Below, piece after piece: positions 30,995-40,609 of a stretch of 64,000 nucleotides of DNA. Positions within the stretch are counted from its first letter, which is position 1. Each line of letters begins with the position of its first letter. A model generated the notes under the pieces. That model was given only the letters and a program-made list of their open reading frames with translations. It made no database searches and was not told the DNA's origin. The stretch lies in IMG/VR virus record IMGVR_UViG_3300042691_032761; one strand, 5' to 3'. The stretch is from a virus. Made by a program: the position numbers and the translations under genes.

Positions 30995-31857
30995 GAAAGT
31001 ATTCTTTTTCTAATGGATTGAGAGTCTAATCCTAAAGAGACATCGTGGTCTAATTTTGAACCATAATTATATAAAAATTTTCTTGGTATTCCAATATTTG
31101 TTATCGAACATTTGTTTTGAGATAAACTATTTGATATCAGATAGTTTGTCGTTCCCTGATAGAACGGCTCGCATATAATAACATTTTCATTAAAATTGTC
31201 AACAAGAGTTTTGCTGTCAAATGGATATATCGTTGTATAATATAAAATAGTTACATCAATATCTGATACAGCGTCCATAACAGATTGCAGCATTGGTCCG
31301 TAGCATATTATGGTTGCTTTGTTTCCAGTTTTTATAACATTTGCTTTTGAACATTCGATATTAAAAGAAACATTGTTTTCTGTTTCACTTAGTCTAAAAT
31401 ATTTTGGATAGTTATTTTTATATTGTGTTGATATTAATGAATGTAGTTCTTCTGATGATCCAGGGATAAAGACATGCATATTTTCTATAGTTAACAAAAG
31501 AGATACATCGCCAGGACAATGGTGGGTACAGCCTAATCCGGCATAATCATAAGACGATCCTACGCTTATGAAATTTCCGTTCAATTGTTGATATCCAAAA
31601 TCAATTTTTATTTGTTCAAATCCTCTCTCTACCATGAACGGCGCTATTGTATGAATAAAAGGAATAATACCCTGTTTACTTAATCCTGCAGCAAGACTAA
31701 TTGTTGATTGTTCTAGTATCCCAATATTATATACTCTGTTTGATAGTTTTTCTATTTCATCTCTAAAACCATATACTCCTATATCTCCAAGCAACAAAGA
31801 AGTAGAATTATCGCTATGTAAAATATTTTTTAGCGTTTTAGTAAACTGATGTCTCAT
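30982..31857 (-). CDS. transketolase-like C-terminal subunit
   Basis: NIGILEQ, GCTHH. Confidence 0.88.
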   Translation of the reverse strand: MRHQFTKTLKNILHSDNSTSLLLGDIGVYGFRDEIEKLSNRVYNIGILEQSTISLAAGLSKQGIIPFIHTIAPFMVERGFEQIKIDFGYQQLNGNFISVGSSYDYAGLGCTHHCPGDVSLLLTIENMHVFIPGSSEELHSLISTQYKNNYPKYFRLSETENNVSFNIECSKANVIKTGNKATIICYGPMLQSVMDAVSDIDVTILYYTTIYPFDSKTLVDNFNENVIICEPFYQGTTNYLISNSLSQNKCSITNIGIPRKFLYNYGSKLDHDVSLGLDSQSIRKRILSCLT

Positions 31858-32405
31858 AGCCTATATACCCAACTATTATCACAAAATGTTTTATCTGGCT
31901 CTTTATTAAGTATATCAATAACTGCTTTTTTTACTGAGGGCCAATCATAGTCGTGTCCTGATAAAAAACCACCATCTTTAATTTTTGGAATCCATATTGA
32001 TATATCTTCTTTAACTGATGAATATTGATGATTACCATCTATATATATAAAATCTATAGACTTGTTGTTTATATATTTTACATATTCATTACTCTGCATT
32101 TTGTTTTTATTGATATTAGGATATTTGGTTTTTATTTTATCAAATATTATTTCAGCTTCTTTTAATTCTAATTCCTGAGCATCTAAATTATAGGATGAAC
32201 AATCTTCAACATATTTTGCCCAAGGGTCTACACAATTTATTTGACTTGTAATAAATTTATTAGCAATAATTTCAGTGCTGGCGCCACAATAGGATCCTAT
32301 TTCAATAATTTTTAAATTATCTCCTATGATAGAATGAACATATTCACATAAATGATTTAATCCTAATGCTGACTGTTCATGTCTCATATTGTGTGTTAAT
32401 GTCAT
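31854..32405 (-). CDS. class I SAM methyltransferase (Methyltransf_24-like)
   Basis: IEIGSYCGAS, YIDGNH, GHDY. Confidence 0.85.
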   Translation of the reverse strand: MTLTHNMRHEQSALGLNHLCEYVHSIIGDNLKIIEIGSYCGASTEIIANKFITSQINCVDPWAKYVEDCSSYNLDAQELELKEAEIIFDKIKTKYPNINKNKMQSNEYVKYINNKSIDFIYIDGNHQYSSVKEDISIWIPKIKDGGFLSGHDYDWPSVKKAVIDILNKEPDKTFCDNSWVYRL

Positions 32406-33178
32406 TTAAGTATTTCCTTTATTATTTCTTTATGGTTTATTTCATTCGGTATTTTATGATGCCATTCTGGATTATTTTCCATTATTGGTATTCCATATCC
32501 TTTTATAGTATTTGCTAATATAAATGTAGGTTTCTGATTATTTTCTTCTTTCAAAATATTTTTAAATATATAGGTAATATCATACATATCGTGTCCATTC
32601 ATACTATATGTATTCCATCCAAAACTATCAAACTTGTCTATATATGAGTCCATTACCAAGGCTCTGTCTGTTGAATGATTATGATCTAGTATGCAAAAAA
32701 AGTTATTTAACTTATGCTGAGATGCTAATAGTGCCGTTTCCCATATAGTACCTTCATTAGATTCTCCATCTCCTATTAAGCAAAATACTTTTCCTGACTG
32801 TTGCTTTATTTTTTGGGAGATAGCGACTCCTGCTGCAATAGGCATTCCGTGACCTAAAGATCCTGTTGATGCTTCAACTCCGGGTATTTTAGATGTAGGA
32901 TGACCACCCAATAAAGAATCATATTTACAAAATGTATATAAAATATCATCAGATATAAATCCAAATTCATTTAATATGACATATAATCCTATTGCGGCAT
33001 GGCCTTTTGACAAGAAAAATTTATTATCAGAATTAATAATCTCACTATATAAATAGTATAATATATCTAATATAGATAGTGAGCTTGGAATATGACCTTC
33101 TTTTGATAGATATGCAAGATCAATTATTTTTGATACTAATTTTTTGCGTATATTAGGATAGTCTATTAAATTTAACAT
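32402..33178 (-). CDS. transketolase-like N-terminal TPP-binding subunit
   Basis: GHIPSSLS, LSKGH, TGSLGHG, GDGESNEG, WHH. Confidence 0.9.
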   Translation of the reverse strand: MLNLIDYPNIRKKLVSKIIDLAYLSKEGHIPSSLSILDILYYLYSEIINSDNKFFLSKGHAAIGLYVILNEFGFISDDILYTFCKYDSLLGGHPTSKIPGVEASTGSLGHGMPIAAGVAISQKIKQQSGKVFCLIGDGESNEGTIWETALLASQHKLNNFFCILDHNHSTDRALVMDSYIDKFDSFGWNTYSMNGHDMYDITYIFKNILKEENNQKPTFILANTIKGYGIPIMENNPEWHHKIPNEINHKEIIKEILK

Positions 33179-34326
33179 GAGTATTCATTTATAATATAAC
33201 TTATTTTTACAATGTCTTCATTGGATAATTCTGGATTGTTAGGAACATATAAGCCATATTCATGTATTATATCAGCAAAAGAGTATTCTTGTTTGCCATA
33301 CCTGTCATAAAAATATGGCTGTTTAGCTATATTGCCACAAACCAATGGTCTACACTCAATATTATTTTCTTGTAATTTTAAAGATACCATCTTTTTATTT
33401 GGATGTATCACTGGATATGCAAAATTACTTATAAAATTTGAGAATTGTATCTTCCAATAGTTGTTGTTTATCAATTTATCATACATCAATAAATTATTAT
33501 ATCTAATGATATTTTTTTTGTCTAATGTTTTTAATTGCTCTATTCCTAGAAATGCTTGTAAGTCTGTTGATCTTATATTAAATCCAGGATAATAAAATGT
33601 ATATAGATTATTAAATTCATCAATATCATATTTACTTTTAAGTTCGTCCTGAGTTTCTATAGATAAATCACGCGACCATCCATGAGATCTTATGGACTTT
33701 AAAATTTCATACAACTTAAAATTATTTGTAGAAATTAAACCACCTTCTATCGTAGAAAAATGATGTCCAAAATATGTGGAGAATGATGACATATCTCCAA
33801 AGGTTCCTAGTTTTTTAGATTCATAATATGATCCAACGCTTTCGCACGTATCTTCTAGAAGCATAATTCCATATTTATTGCATATATCAACTATATTCTG
33901 CATATCATTTGGAAAACCAAGAATATGAGCTAGTATAAGAATGCTTGGATTATATTTTTTGCATAAATCTTCCAACATATTTGTATCCAGGCCAAGATCA
34001 TTTTTACTAGCATCACATAATTTAATATCAAAACCTAATTGAATAAATGGACTAACAGTAGTTGCCCAAGATAAACAAGGAGCTATAACTATATCATTCT
34101 TTAATATTCCAGATAATTTTGCAGAGTAGGCCATTGCTAAATTAGCAGACGATCCAGAATTAACAAAAACAGAATATTTGCAACCAAGCCAATCTGACCA
34201 TTTTGATTCAAAAGTTTCTGTATGTTCGCCTTTTGTTAGCTTTGGATATGTTTTAAGCCATGCACAAAGATTATCAATTTCTTGGTGACTTATTGTATTG
34301 TTGACTAATTTAATTCTATTGTTCAT
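33172..34326 (-). CDS. DegT/DnrJ-family PLP enzyme, ColD-like 3-dehydratase
   Basis: VNSGSSANL, EDTCES, STYFGHHFSTIEGG (His at the usual Lys position). Confidence 0.82.
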   Translation of the reverse strand: MNNRIKLVNNTISHQEIDNLCAWLKTYPKLTKGEHTETFESKWSDWLGCKYSVFVNSGSSANLAMAYSAKLSGILKNDIVIAPCLSWATTVSPFIQLGFDIKLCDASKNDLGLDTNMLEDLCKKYNPSILILAHILGFPNDMQNIVDICNKYGIMLLEDTCESVGSYYESKKLGTFGDMSSFSTYFGHHFSTIEGGLISTNNFKLYEILKSIRSHGWSRDLSIETQDELKSKYDIDEFNNLYTFYYPGFNIRSTDLQAFLGIEQLKTLDKKNIIRYNNLLMYDKLINNNYWKIQFSNFISNFAYPVIHPNKKMVSLKLQENNIECRPLVCGNIAKQPYFYDRYGKQEYSFADIIHEYGLYVPNNPELSNEDIVKISYIINEYSC

Positions 34327-35027
34327 AGTGCGTCATCAGATGTGTATGGGCTGCGATGGTTCATATTATGAAAATTTGGATCTTGTACCCATGTTCCATT
34401 TTCAGCTCCTATATTTTGTATTCTAGAAATTAAAGGAGTAATTTGATAAAGATTATTTGGAATAAACACATTATCATTTAAGTAACTATCCCATGAAATA
34501 GATTTATTCTCTCTGTTCATGGTAGGTATCCAATTATTCAATAGTATATCGCTTTTGTGTTTCCAAAATCCACAACCCCAGCAAGTAAAACCGCATCGTT
34601 TTGCTGTTTGATTTAATAATGTTTTATCTAATTCAGTTGTTCTTGTGTATCCTCCTATACAATACACTGTTTCATCATCTTTATATCTTATAAGGTTGTC
34701 AATAAAAAAATTGATAGCATCTTTTGTTGGAACAGTATCGTCTTCTAAATGAATTATGGCGTCATACTCTTGAAGACCCATTGATATGGCAAGTTTAGTA
34801 TTTTTATTACATCCAATGCTGGGCTTGTTGATAATTATGCTTATATCTGCCCAATTTATATTTCTTATATAGTTTGGTATATTGTCATCATAATGGTCTA
34901 CACAAAAAAAAATAGGCAAAGAAGTATTGCAATATTCAAAACTTCTCCTCAAGCCATCTAATACCTGTTGTAAATAATCTAGCCTTTTATAACAAGTAAA
35001 AGTAATTGCTACATTAAGATTACTCAT
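34323..35027 (-). CDS. GT-A fold glycosyltransferase
   Basis: YKRLDYL, HLEDD, CWG, SRIQNIG. Confidence 0.75.
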   Translation of the reverse strand: MSNLNVAITFTCYKRLDYLQQVLDGLRRSFEYCNTSLPIFFCVDHYDDNIPNYIRNINWADISIIINKPSIGCNKNTKLAISMGLQEYDAIIHLEDDTVPTKDAINFFIDNLIRYKDDETVYCIGGYTRTTELDKTLLNQTAKRCGFTCWGCGFWKHKSDILLNNWIPTMNRENKSISWDSYLNDNVFIPNNLYQITPLISRIQNIGAENGTWVQDPNFHNMNHRSPYTSDDAL

Positions 35028-35496
35028 TTGAGATGCTTTCTACTACTACTTTTTCTCTATTTTTGAAATATTTATCTCCATATGTTACAAAAATTTCTTT
35101 TCCTTCTTTTATATGTCTGTTGGCAACAATATCTACATAAAAATTTTTATGATTAAATTTCATATGGGCATTATTATCGTCTTGATGGTTATATATCATA
35201 CCATGTCCTAAAACCATGTAGAACACGAATCCGTGGTTTTTACACTCTGAGCAATCACACACTGGCTTTGTATAACAATATCTCCATATAGAAGGATCTG
35301 AATGGTATTTAGATCTATATTCAAAAGGGACCAGTGGACACCTTTCTATTAGTTCTCCTTCTTCTATGTCTTTTGTGGCAAATACTCCTCTGCCTCCAAC
35401 AGAAGAATGTCCAAATCTAATTTTATATTCAGAAACAAAATCAAACTCTTTGGAAACATTTGTGTCTCCATTTATTGTTATTATTTTATCAGTCAT
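35020..35496 (-). CDS. SET-domain protein-lysine methyltransferase
   Basis: GRGVFATKDI, YNHQDDNN, EIFVTYG. Confidence 0.88.
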   Translation of the reverse strand: MTDKIITINGDTNVSKEFDFVSEYKIRFGHSSVGGRGVFATKDIEEGELIERCPLVPFEYRSKYHSDPSIWRYCYTKPVCDCSECKNHGFVFYMVLGHGMIYNHQDDNNAHMKFNHKNFYVDIVANRHIKEGKEIFVTYGDKYFKNREKVVVESISNE

Positions 35497-36040
35497 GATT
35501 AAAGAAATACCACCTATTAAAAGTTTTGATTGTACATTGACCGTTTACTTCAATAAGATAATTTTTAATGTCATTCCAAGAAGAAAAAATCATTTCATGT
35601 GGAATTGTTCCAAATAACCAATCTGGTGCAGATTGTTTTCCTTGAACCATATGAACTATAATAGGTTTCTTCTGTCTATTTGCCCAAAAAATTTCTTCAT
35701 ACGTTCCACATGGATGGATTTCTAAATCTAGATTAACTATTAAAAAATCACTTATATCTACTAGCCTTAAGTCAACAGATCTTATTGTTTTCATTAACGA
35801 AGATAAAACATCATATTTTTGTTCTGCTTTTAGTTGAATTTTTAACTTGTGGGTATCGCTATCTTCTTTTCCAATAGTTGTGGGTTTTTTTATTGGATTG
35901 AATACGATAATGCCCAATTCTTCTAAAAATGGTGTGATATTATCTCTCCATCCATTTCCTCTGTCGGCAACTCTATCCATAGCACCAGCTAAATAGACCC
36001 TTTGATTATTAAGTCTACTTGTTGGCTTGATGTAGTCCAT
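35489..36040 (-). CDS. nucleoside 2-deoxyribosyltransferase/Rcl-like N-glycosidase
   Basis: VYLAG, VFNP, DLRLVDISD, GTYEE, KPII. Confidence 0.75.
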   Translation of the reverse strand: MDYIKPTSRLNNQRVYLAGAMDRVADRGNGWRDNITPFLEELGIIVFNPIKKPTTIGKEDSDTHKLKIQLKAEQKYDVLSSLMKTIRSVDLRLVDISDFLIVNLDLEIHPCGTYEEIFWANRQKKPIIVHMVQGKQSAPDWLFGTIPHEMIFSSWNDIKNYLIEVNGQCTIKTFNRWYFFNHD

Positions 36041-36097
36041 GAATAACTCCTAATATAATCATGACAGAAAAGATAAAATATAGTCTGGTATCAATAT

Positions 36098-36373
36098 TCA
36101 TGGATTTGATAAAGTATAAATGAATCCATTTTTATTTGCAGGATTTGTTACTTCAATGGTAACTATATTTTTTATTGAAGACAAATCCGCTATTACAGCC
36201 TCCACAGCACCAACAGTTGCATGACTATGCTGTTTCATAATGTCAGACATTTTATTGAAATCTTCCATATGACTTCTAACACTAGATTCTTGATCAGCGG
36301 ATGATATTGTCACAATCCTAAAGTTCATTGTTGGTAATGCAAAATTAGTTATTATTTCTTTTTTTAATATCAT
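36098..36373 (-). CDS. hypothetical protein
   Basis: 91-aa ORF. Confidence 0.5.
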   Translation of the reverse strand: MILKKEIITNFALPTMNFRIVTISSADQESSVRSHMEDFNKMSDIMKQHSHATVGAVEAVIADLSSIKNIVTIEVTNPANKNGFIYTLSNP

Positions 36374-36378
36374 GTTAT

Positions 36379-36918
36379 TTACTTAATATAAATGAAGGTT
36401 TTGTATTTTTTCCATGTGTCCACAATGAGTTCTTGTATAAAAGTCCAATCTCCACCAGAAAGGCCAGAGCCAAATTTAGGTGCGTGAATTTCTAATGTAC
36501 TAGATTCTAAATTATTCACTAACGAATAGCAGTAATTTCTAACATCTGTCATGCAAAAAGCCAGTGCAGCATAATTAAGAGGTCTAGGATTTTTTGTGTT
36601 TATGGTCCCATCTTGGGCAATCATATTTGCTATGATTAATTTATAGCCATAAGTTTGATTCTTTTCAACTTCTATATATTGCACTTTGCCAAGTTTAGCT
36701 GAGTTCCCTAAAAGGTGAAAATTCTCTTTTACCATAGGATATCTTTCTGATAAATCTTTGGTAAATCCACCACCAAAAATATTAATGTTGTTGCAAACGT
36801 GCGGGATTATAACATGACATCCTATCTTTCCAGCATTAATTCTATTTAAAGTATTTTGAAAAATATCCATCTTTAACAGAGGAAACTTGTTCTCGTTATT
36901 TCTATTTTTTAATCTCAT
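36379..36918 (-). CDS. macro domain protein (Poa1p/DarG-like)
   Basis: PHVCNN...GGGF, IANMIAQ, HAPKFGSGLSGGDW. Confidence 0.82.
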   Translation of the reverse strand: MRLKNRNNENKFPLLKMDIFQNTLNRINAGKIGCHVIIPHVCNNINIFGGGFTKDLSERYPMVKENFHLLGNSAKLGKVQYIEVEKNQTYGYKLIIANMIAQDGTINTKNPRPLNYAALAFCMTDVRNYCYSLVNNLESSTLEIHAPKFGSGLSGGDWTFIQELIVDTWKKYKTFIYIK

Positions 36919-37166
36919 GTTATTTTTTTCCATTTTTTCATTGGACATTCTTGATCTGCCCATGCCAATTTATTCATAAAAATTTTTTTAGTTGACAAGT
37001 TACATCCACACACCAAACATTGACTATTTTTTGCATCAAACATTTCGCAATTAAGGCATATTTCATATCTTTGTTTTATTTGCTCTAATGTGGATTTTGG
37101 AAATCCAGACCATATATGCCAAAATAAAGATTTAAAAAATGTTCGTATTTTCTTTAGATTTATCAT
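36915..37166 (-). CDS. small Cys-rich protein
   Basis: RYEICLNC...CLVCGC...CPMKKW. Confidence 0.6.
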   Translation of the reverse strand: MINLKKIRTFFKSLFWHIWSGFPKSTLEQIKQRYEICLNCEMFDAKNSQCLVCGCNLSTKKIFMNKLAWADQECPMKKWKKIT

Positions 37167-37380
37167 CTGAGGTTTTTATTTTGATAATATTATTGTTTTT
37201 GTCTAACATAAAGAGATCTATAAACTCACACATACAATTAGCATCAAACCATTTGCACATTCCATCATTCAAATTAATGGCTTTCCTTGCTCCATTATTT
37301 TTAAAATCAGAAGTCAATACAAAAGATTGGTCCTTAACAACAAAAGCATCTCCAGAATTTAATTCCTCAACGTATTTCAT
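37132..37380 (-). CDS. small hypothetical protein
   Basis: 82-aa ORF. Confidence 0.55.
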   Translation of the reverse strand: MKYVEELNSGDAFVVKDQSFVLTSDFKNNGARKAINLNDGMCKWFDANCMCEFIDLFMLDKNNNIIKIKTSDDKSKENTNIF

Positions 37381-37564
37381 TCTCCCACTCTTCCCAAAGT
37401 TCTTCTTGTTCCATTTCTTCTATTCTGGATCTGTATTCTTTTTTGATCTTCTTAACATCTCTGTAAGATTGATCAAAGTCTTTGTCGGTCTTTTTTTTAT
37501 TAGTCAATTTCTCTCTGCGAGAAGTTTTTCTATCATCAAAATCGTTATTATTATGCATCTTCAT
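37367..37564 (-). CDS. small charged hypothetical protein
   Basis: Directly downstream of a sigma70 promoter. Confidence 0.55.
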   Translation of the reverse strand: MKMHNNNDFDDRKTSRREKLTNKKKTDKDFDQSYRDVKKIKKEYRSRIEEMEQEELWEEWENEIR

Positions 37565-37567
37565 TCA

Positions 37568-38371
37568 TCACTTTGTAGCACTATTCAATACTATTGTAGC
37601 AGAAGGTAGATCTGTGTCAAGTCCATTTGCTTCGATTTCAATTATCTGTTGTATCCAATCAAAATGATCGCTAACTCTGGTGTGTCCTGACTCATCTGTG
37701 TACGAAGAATCTGTTACATTGTCTGTTGCCATAACACAAGAATTTATTCCAGCTAATTTTTTATTGATAAATAGTCCTCCTCCACTATCTCCGCTAGATA
37801 TTAAAAACTCCAAAGAAGTTCTATCTCTAGCACTAGGAGTACAAATCAATAATCCTCTATCAATATGTTCTATTTTGTTTGATCCTGCTCTCCTTTGCCC
37901 ATCATATTTGCTAGACCCTGTGTCAAAAGTTCCAAAAATGCCAAATCCACATATTGCAGATATTTGTCCTACTTCGTCTCTGTCAGAATATAATTCTGGA
38001 TAAAAATCTAACTCAAAGTCTTGATCTGTAAATCCTATTGCTAAATCATTATAACCAAAAATATTTTCTTGAAAATTTGAAGGCATGATTATTTTTCTCA
38101 AAGGAATTTTTTTTCCATCAAGGACCGCAAAACATTCCTGACTATCTGCAATTACATGAGCCGCAGTCAAAATAACTTTTGGTCTGATAATAATGGCAGA
38201 AGCAGCATACTGATGGTTATTTTTGTATCTTCCAATAAGTCTACTAATACATCTAAATTTTTTACCATACTCCACATATTTGTTATCTGGAACATCTGGG
38301 TGCATTGTTCCAGCACTCGCTGAACAAATAGAGACAAAAATAGTTAATAGTAATACTAATACTTGTCTCAT
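37568..38371 (-). CDS. secreted trypsin-like serine protease
   Basis: Signal peptide, LTAAHV, DLAI, GDSGGG. Confidence 0.88.
   Translation of the reverse strand: MRQVLVLLLTIFVSICSASAGTMHPDVPDNKYVEYGKKFRCISRLIGRYKNNHQYAASAIIIRPKVILTAAHVIADSQECFAVLDGKKIPLRKIIMPSNFQENIFGYNDLAIGFTDQDFELDFYPELYSDRDEVGQISAICGFGIFGTFDTGSSKYDGQRRAGSNKIEHIDRGLLICTPSARDRTSLEFLISSGDSGGGLFINKKLAGINSCVMATDNVTDSSYTDESGHTRVSDHFDWIQQIIEIEANGLDTDLPSATIVLNSATK
37593..37620 (-). promoter_or_regulatory. sigma70-type promoter
   Basis: TTGACA-N16-TACAAT with extended -10 TG, inside 3' end of the trypsin gene. Confidence 0.7.
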
Positions 38372-38393
38372 TTTATGTTCCTTTATTAAGGAG

Positions 38394-39395
38394 TTACAAA
38401 ACTTTTGACGCTATTAAGCAGCCCTTTGCTACAGCGTGTAGAGCATCTTTTGCATGAATAACTTCTTTTATCTGTAGAGGAAAATTATTTTCATTTAATT
38501 TTTCTTGAAATTTTTCAATATATCCGTTGGCCTGAGAAGTTCCTCCTGCAACAACAATCTTTAATGGATCTTTAAATTTTGGTAAAGATTTGTGACCTGT
38601 TAAAGCAACGCTTAATTGTTTTGTAGTATAATCAATTAACCTATCATAATACGCTGATACGGCAGCAAGCACCGGGTTTTCGTTGGACTCCCCGATTTTA
38701 AAACCACCGCCCTCTTTCTCTGCTTGAACAACACTGTCGGGTTCTCCGGTGGCTACAGCACTCATACGGTCAATCCAATCTCCAGACTTGGTAGTGCTGA
38801 ATACAACAGTTGGTTCACCGTTCAGCATGACGCATACATTGGTCATACCAGCACCACAACTTATGCCTATTCCAGTATAATCGGTATCTTCTAGTTCAGC
38901 ATAACATAATGCTTCTGCTTCATTAATTGCTCTTGCATCATATCCACATTCGCCAAGAATAGTCTTTACAACATCTTCGTGATATCCAACATCAAAATCT
39001 TCATCCTCTTGATCAACTGGTTGTGCTGGTATGCAAAATACTATTTTTTCTCCCTCAGTTTCTGCTTTACCGGCAACTTCTTTCAGAATAAAAGCTAAGA
39101 TTTTTTTTGCATCTTTTTCTTTTGCTGAGACTACTCCTTTGAACATTGGTCTTTTTGCTGTGTCGTTTCTTTCTATTGCTTTCTCAATAGCGTCTTTGCC
39201 TAATAGAATGAATGACCCATCGCTGTCCTTAATAAAGACTTTTCCGGACAATCCTTTTTCTATCATTTTTGTTGCAACTGGTGTCGTTGGCTTTATGATA
39301 TAAAAAGCATCACGAAAATCTTTGTATGTTATGCCATCTGTTGATTCAGAAGATAGCACAATAAAACTAGTCCCAACATCCAGGCCCTTTGACAT
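38394..39395 (-). CDS. actin-fold ATPase (volactin/MamK-like)
   Basis: GLDVGT (phosphate 1), INEAEA, GISCGAGMTN (phosphate 2), VVAGGTS (adenosine), AVAKG. Confidence 0.85.
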   Translation of the reverse strand: MSKGLDVGTSFIVLSSESTDGITYKDFRDAFYIIKPTTPVATKMIEKGLSGKVFIKDSDGSFILLGKDAIEKAIERNDTAKRPMFKGVVSAKEKDAKKILAFILKEVAGKAETEGEKIVFCIPAQPVDQEDEDFDVGYHEDVVKTILGECGYDARAINEAEALCYAELEDTDYTGIGISCGAGMTNVCVMLNGEPTVVFSTTKSGDWIDRMSAVATGEPDSVVQAEKEGGGFKIGESNENPVLAAVSAYYDRLIDYTTKQLSVALTGHKSLPKFKDPLKIVVAGGTSQANGYIEKFQEKLNENNFPLQIKEVIHAKDALHAVAKGCLIASKVL

Positions 39396-39397
39396 AA

Positions 39398-39706
39398 TTA
39401 TCCTCGCATATTTTTAAGTTTATTTATTGCTGTTGATATTTGTTCTTGACTCTGTTTGGTGTCTCCTAGAGAGTCATACTTTTTTTCTAGATTGTCTGTT
39501 TTTATGTCTATAACTACTTTTGAAGAATCAATATCTATCTTTTTTGATTCTTTTTGCTCTATTTTCTGTTTATCAAAGAAAGAAACATTTTTTTCCTGAG
39601 TATAATATACACCATTTTGATTTTTTAATTGTCCAATAATATAGCCAAATAGAAAAAAGACAATATTAAAAGTAATTAGTATAATGTATATTATATATTC
39701 TTGCAT
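39398..39706 (-). CDS. single-TM protein directly upstream of actin homolog
   Basis: N-terminal TM, charged cytoplasmic tail ending ISTAINKLKNMRG. Confidence 0.65.
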   Translation of the reverse strand: MQEYIIYIILITFNIVFFLFGYIIGQLKNQNGVYYTQEKNVSFFDKQKIEQKESKKIDIDSSKVVIDIKTDNLEKKYDSLGDTKQSQEQISTAINKLKNMRG

Positions 39707-39707
39707 A

Positions 39708-40598
39708 TTATATTTTACCCAGGACTCTGCCCTTATGTGTTCTTTGTATAAATCCTTTTCTTACAAGATATGGCTCTATACTATTCTCGATAGTATCTAT
39801 AGCAATACCGGTCAATGAGGATATAGATTTTAGACCAAGAGGATTTCCAATATTTTTCTTTAATACACTGATGTAGTCTCTATCATAGATATCAAATCCA
39901 TTAGAGTCTATTCCTTGTATATTAAATATTTCATCCACAGTCATTGATTTTTTTTGAGTTAACACACAGTTTTTATACCACTGCAACCTAGCATTTAAAA
40001 TTCTTGGAGTTCCTTTGCTTCTACGAGCAATCTCAAAAAGATCAGACTCTGAAACATTTAGTCCGAACTTTTTTGCGTTTAACCCTGCTAGTTTGGCTAA
40101 CTCATCCTCAGTGTAGAACGACAAATGCTCTTTAATAGAGAACCTATCATAAAACGGTTGACTCAAACTTCCACCACTAGTTGTTGCACCAACAAGAGTA
40201 AATAGTGGGATCTCGATAGTCTCTGGTTCATCTTTATTTGATAAAGTCAAAACAAAATCTTCCATTACCGGATACAAGAATTCTTCAACTAGTTTTGGAA
40301 GCCTATGAATTTCATCTATAAAAAGAACTGATCTTGGTGCAAGTCCGATTAGGTATGGAATTAAATTTTTTATACTTCTAAGATTTGCAGCATTTAAAGT
40401 ATATAGATTTGCATTTAATTCATTAGCAATTGCACTAGCAATAGTAGTTTTGCCCAAACCCGGAGGCCCATCAATTAAGATATGAGGCACTACACTGTTG
40501 GTTATGTTGCATCCACCAATTATTATTTGCAATCTATTGATTACTTCTGATTGACCAATAATATCTTCAAAATTTGTAGGACGAATAGAATTTGACAT
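39708..40598 (-). CDS. ruvB: Holliday junction branch-migration ATPase
   Basis: IRPTNFEDIIGQ, GPPGLGKTT, FIDEIHRL, GATT, GTPR, IEPYL. Confidence 0.92.
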   Translation of the reverse strand: MSNSIRPTNFEDIIGQSEVINRLQIIIGGCNITNSVVPHILIDGPPGLGKTTIASAIANELNANLYTLNAANLRSIKNLIPYLIGLAPRSVLFIDEIHRLPKLVEEFLYPVMEDFVLTLSNKDEPETIEIPLFTLVGATTSGGSLSQPFYDRFSIKEHLSFYTEDELAKLAGLNAKKFGLNVSESDLFEIARRSKGTPRILNARLQWYKNCVLTQKKSMTVDEIFNIQGIDSNGFDIYDRDYISVLKKNIGNPLGLKSISSLTGIAIDTIENSIEPYLVRKGFIQRTHKGRVLGKI

Positions 40599-40609
40599 AT
40601 TTTCTCCAA

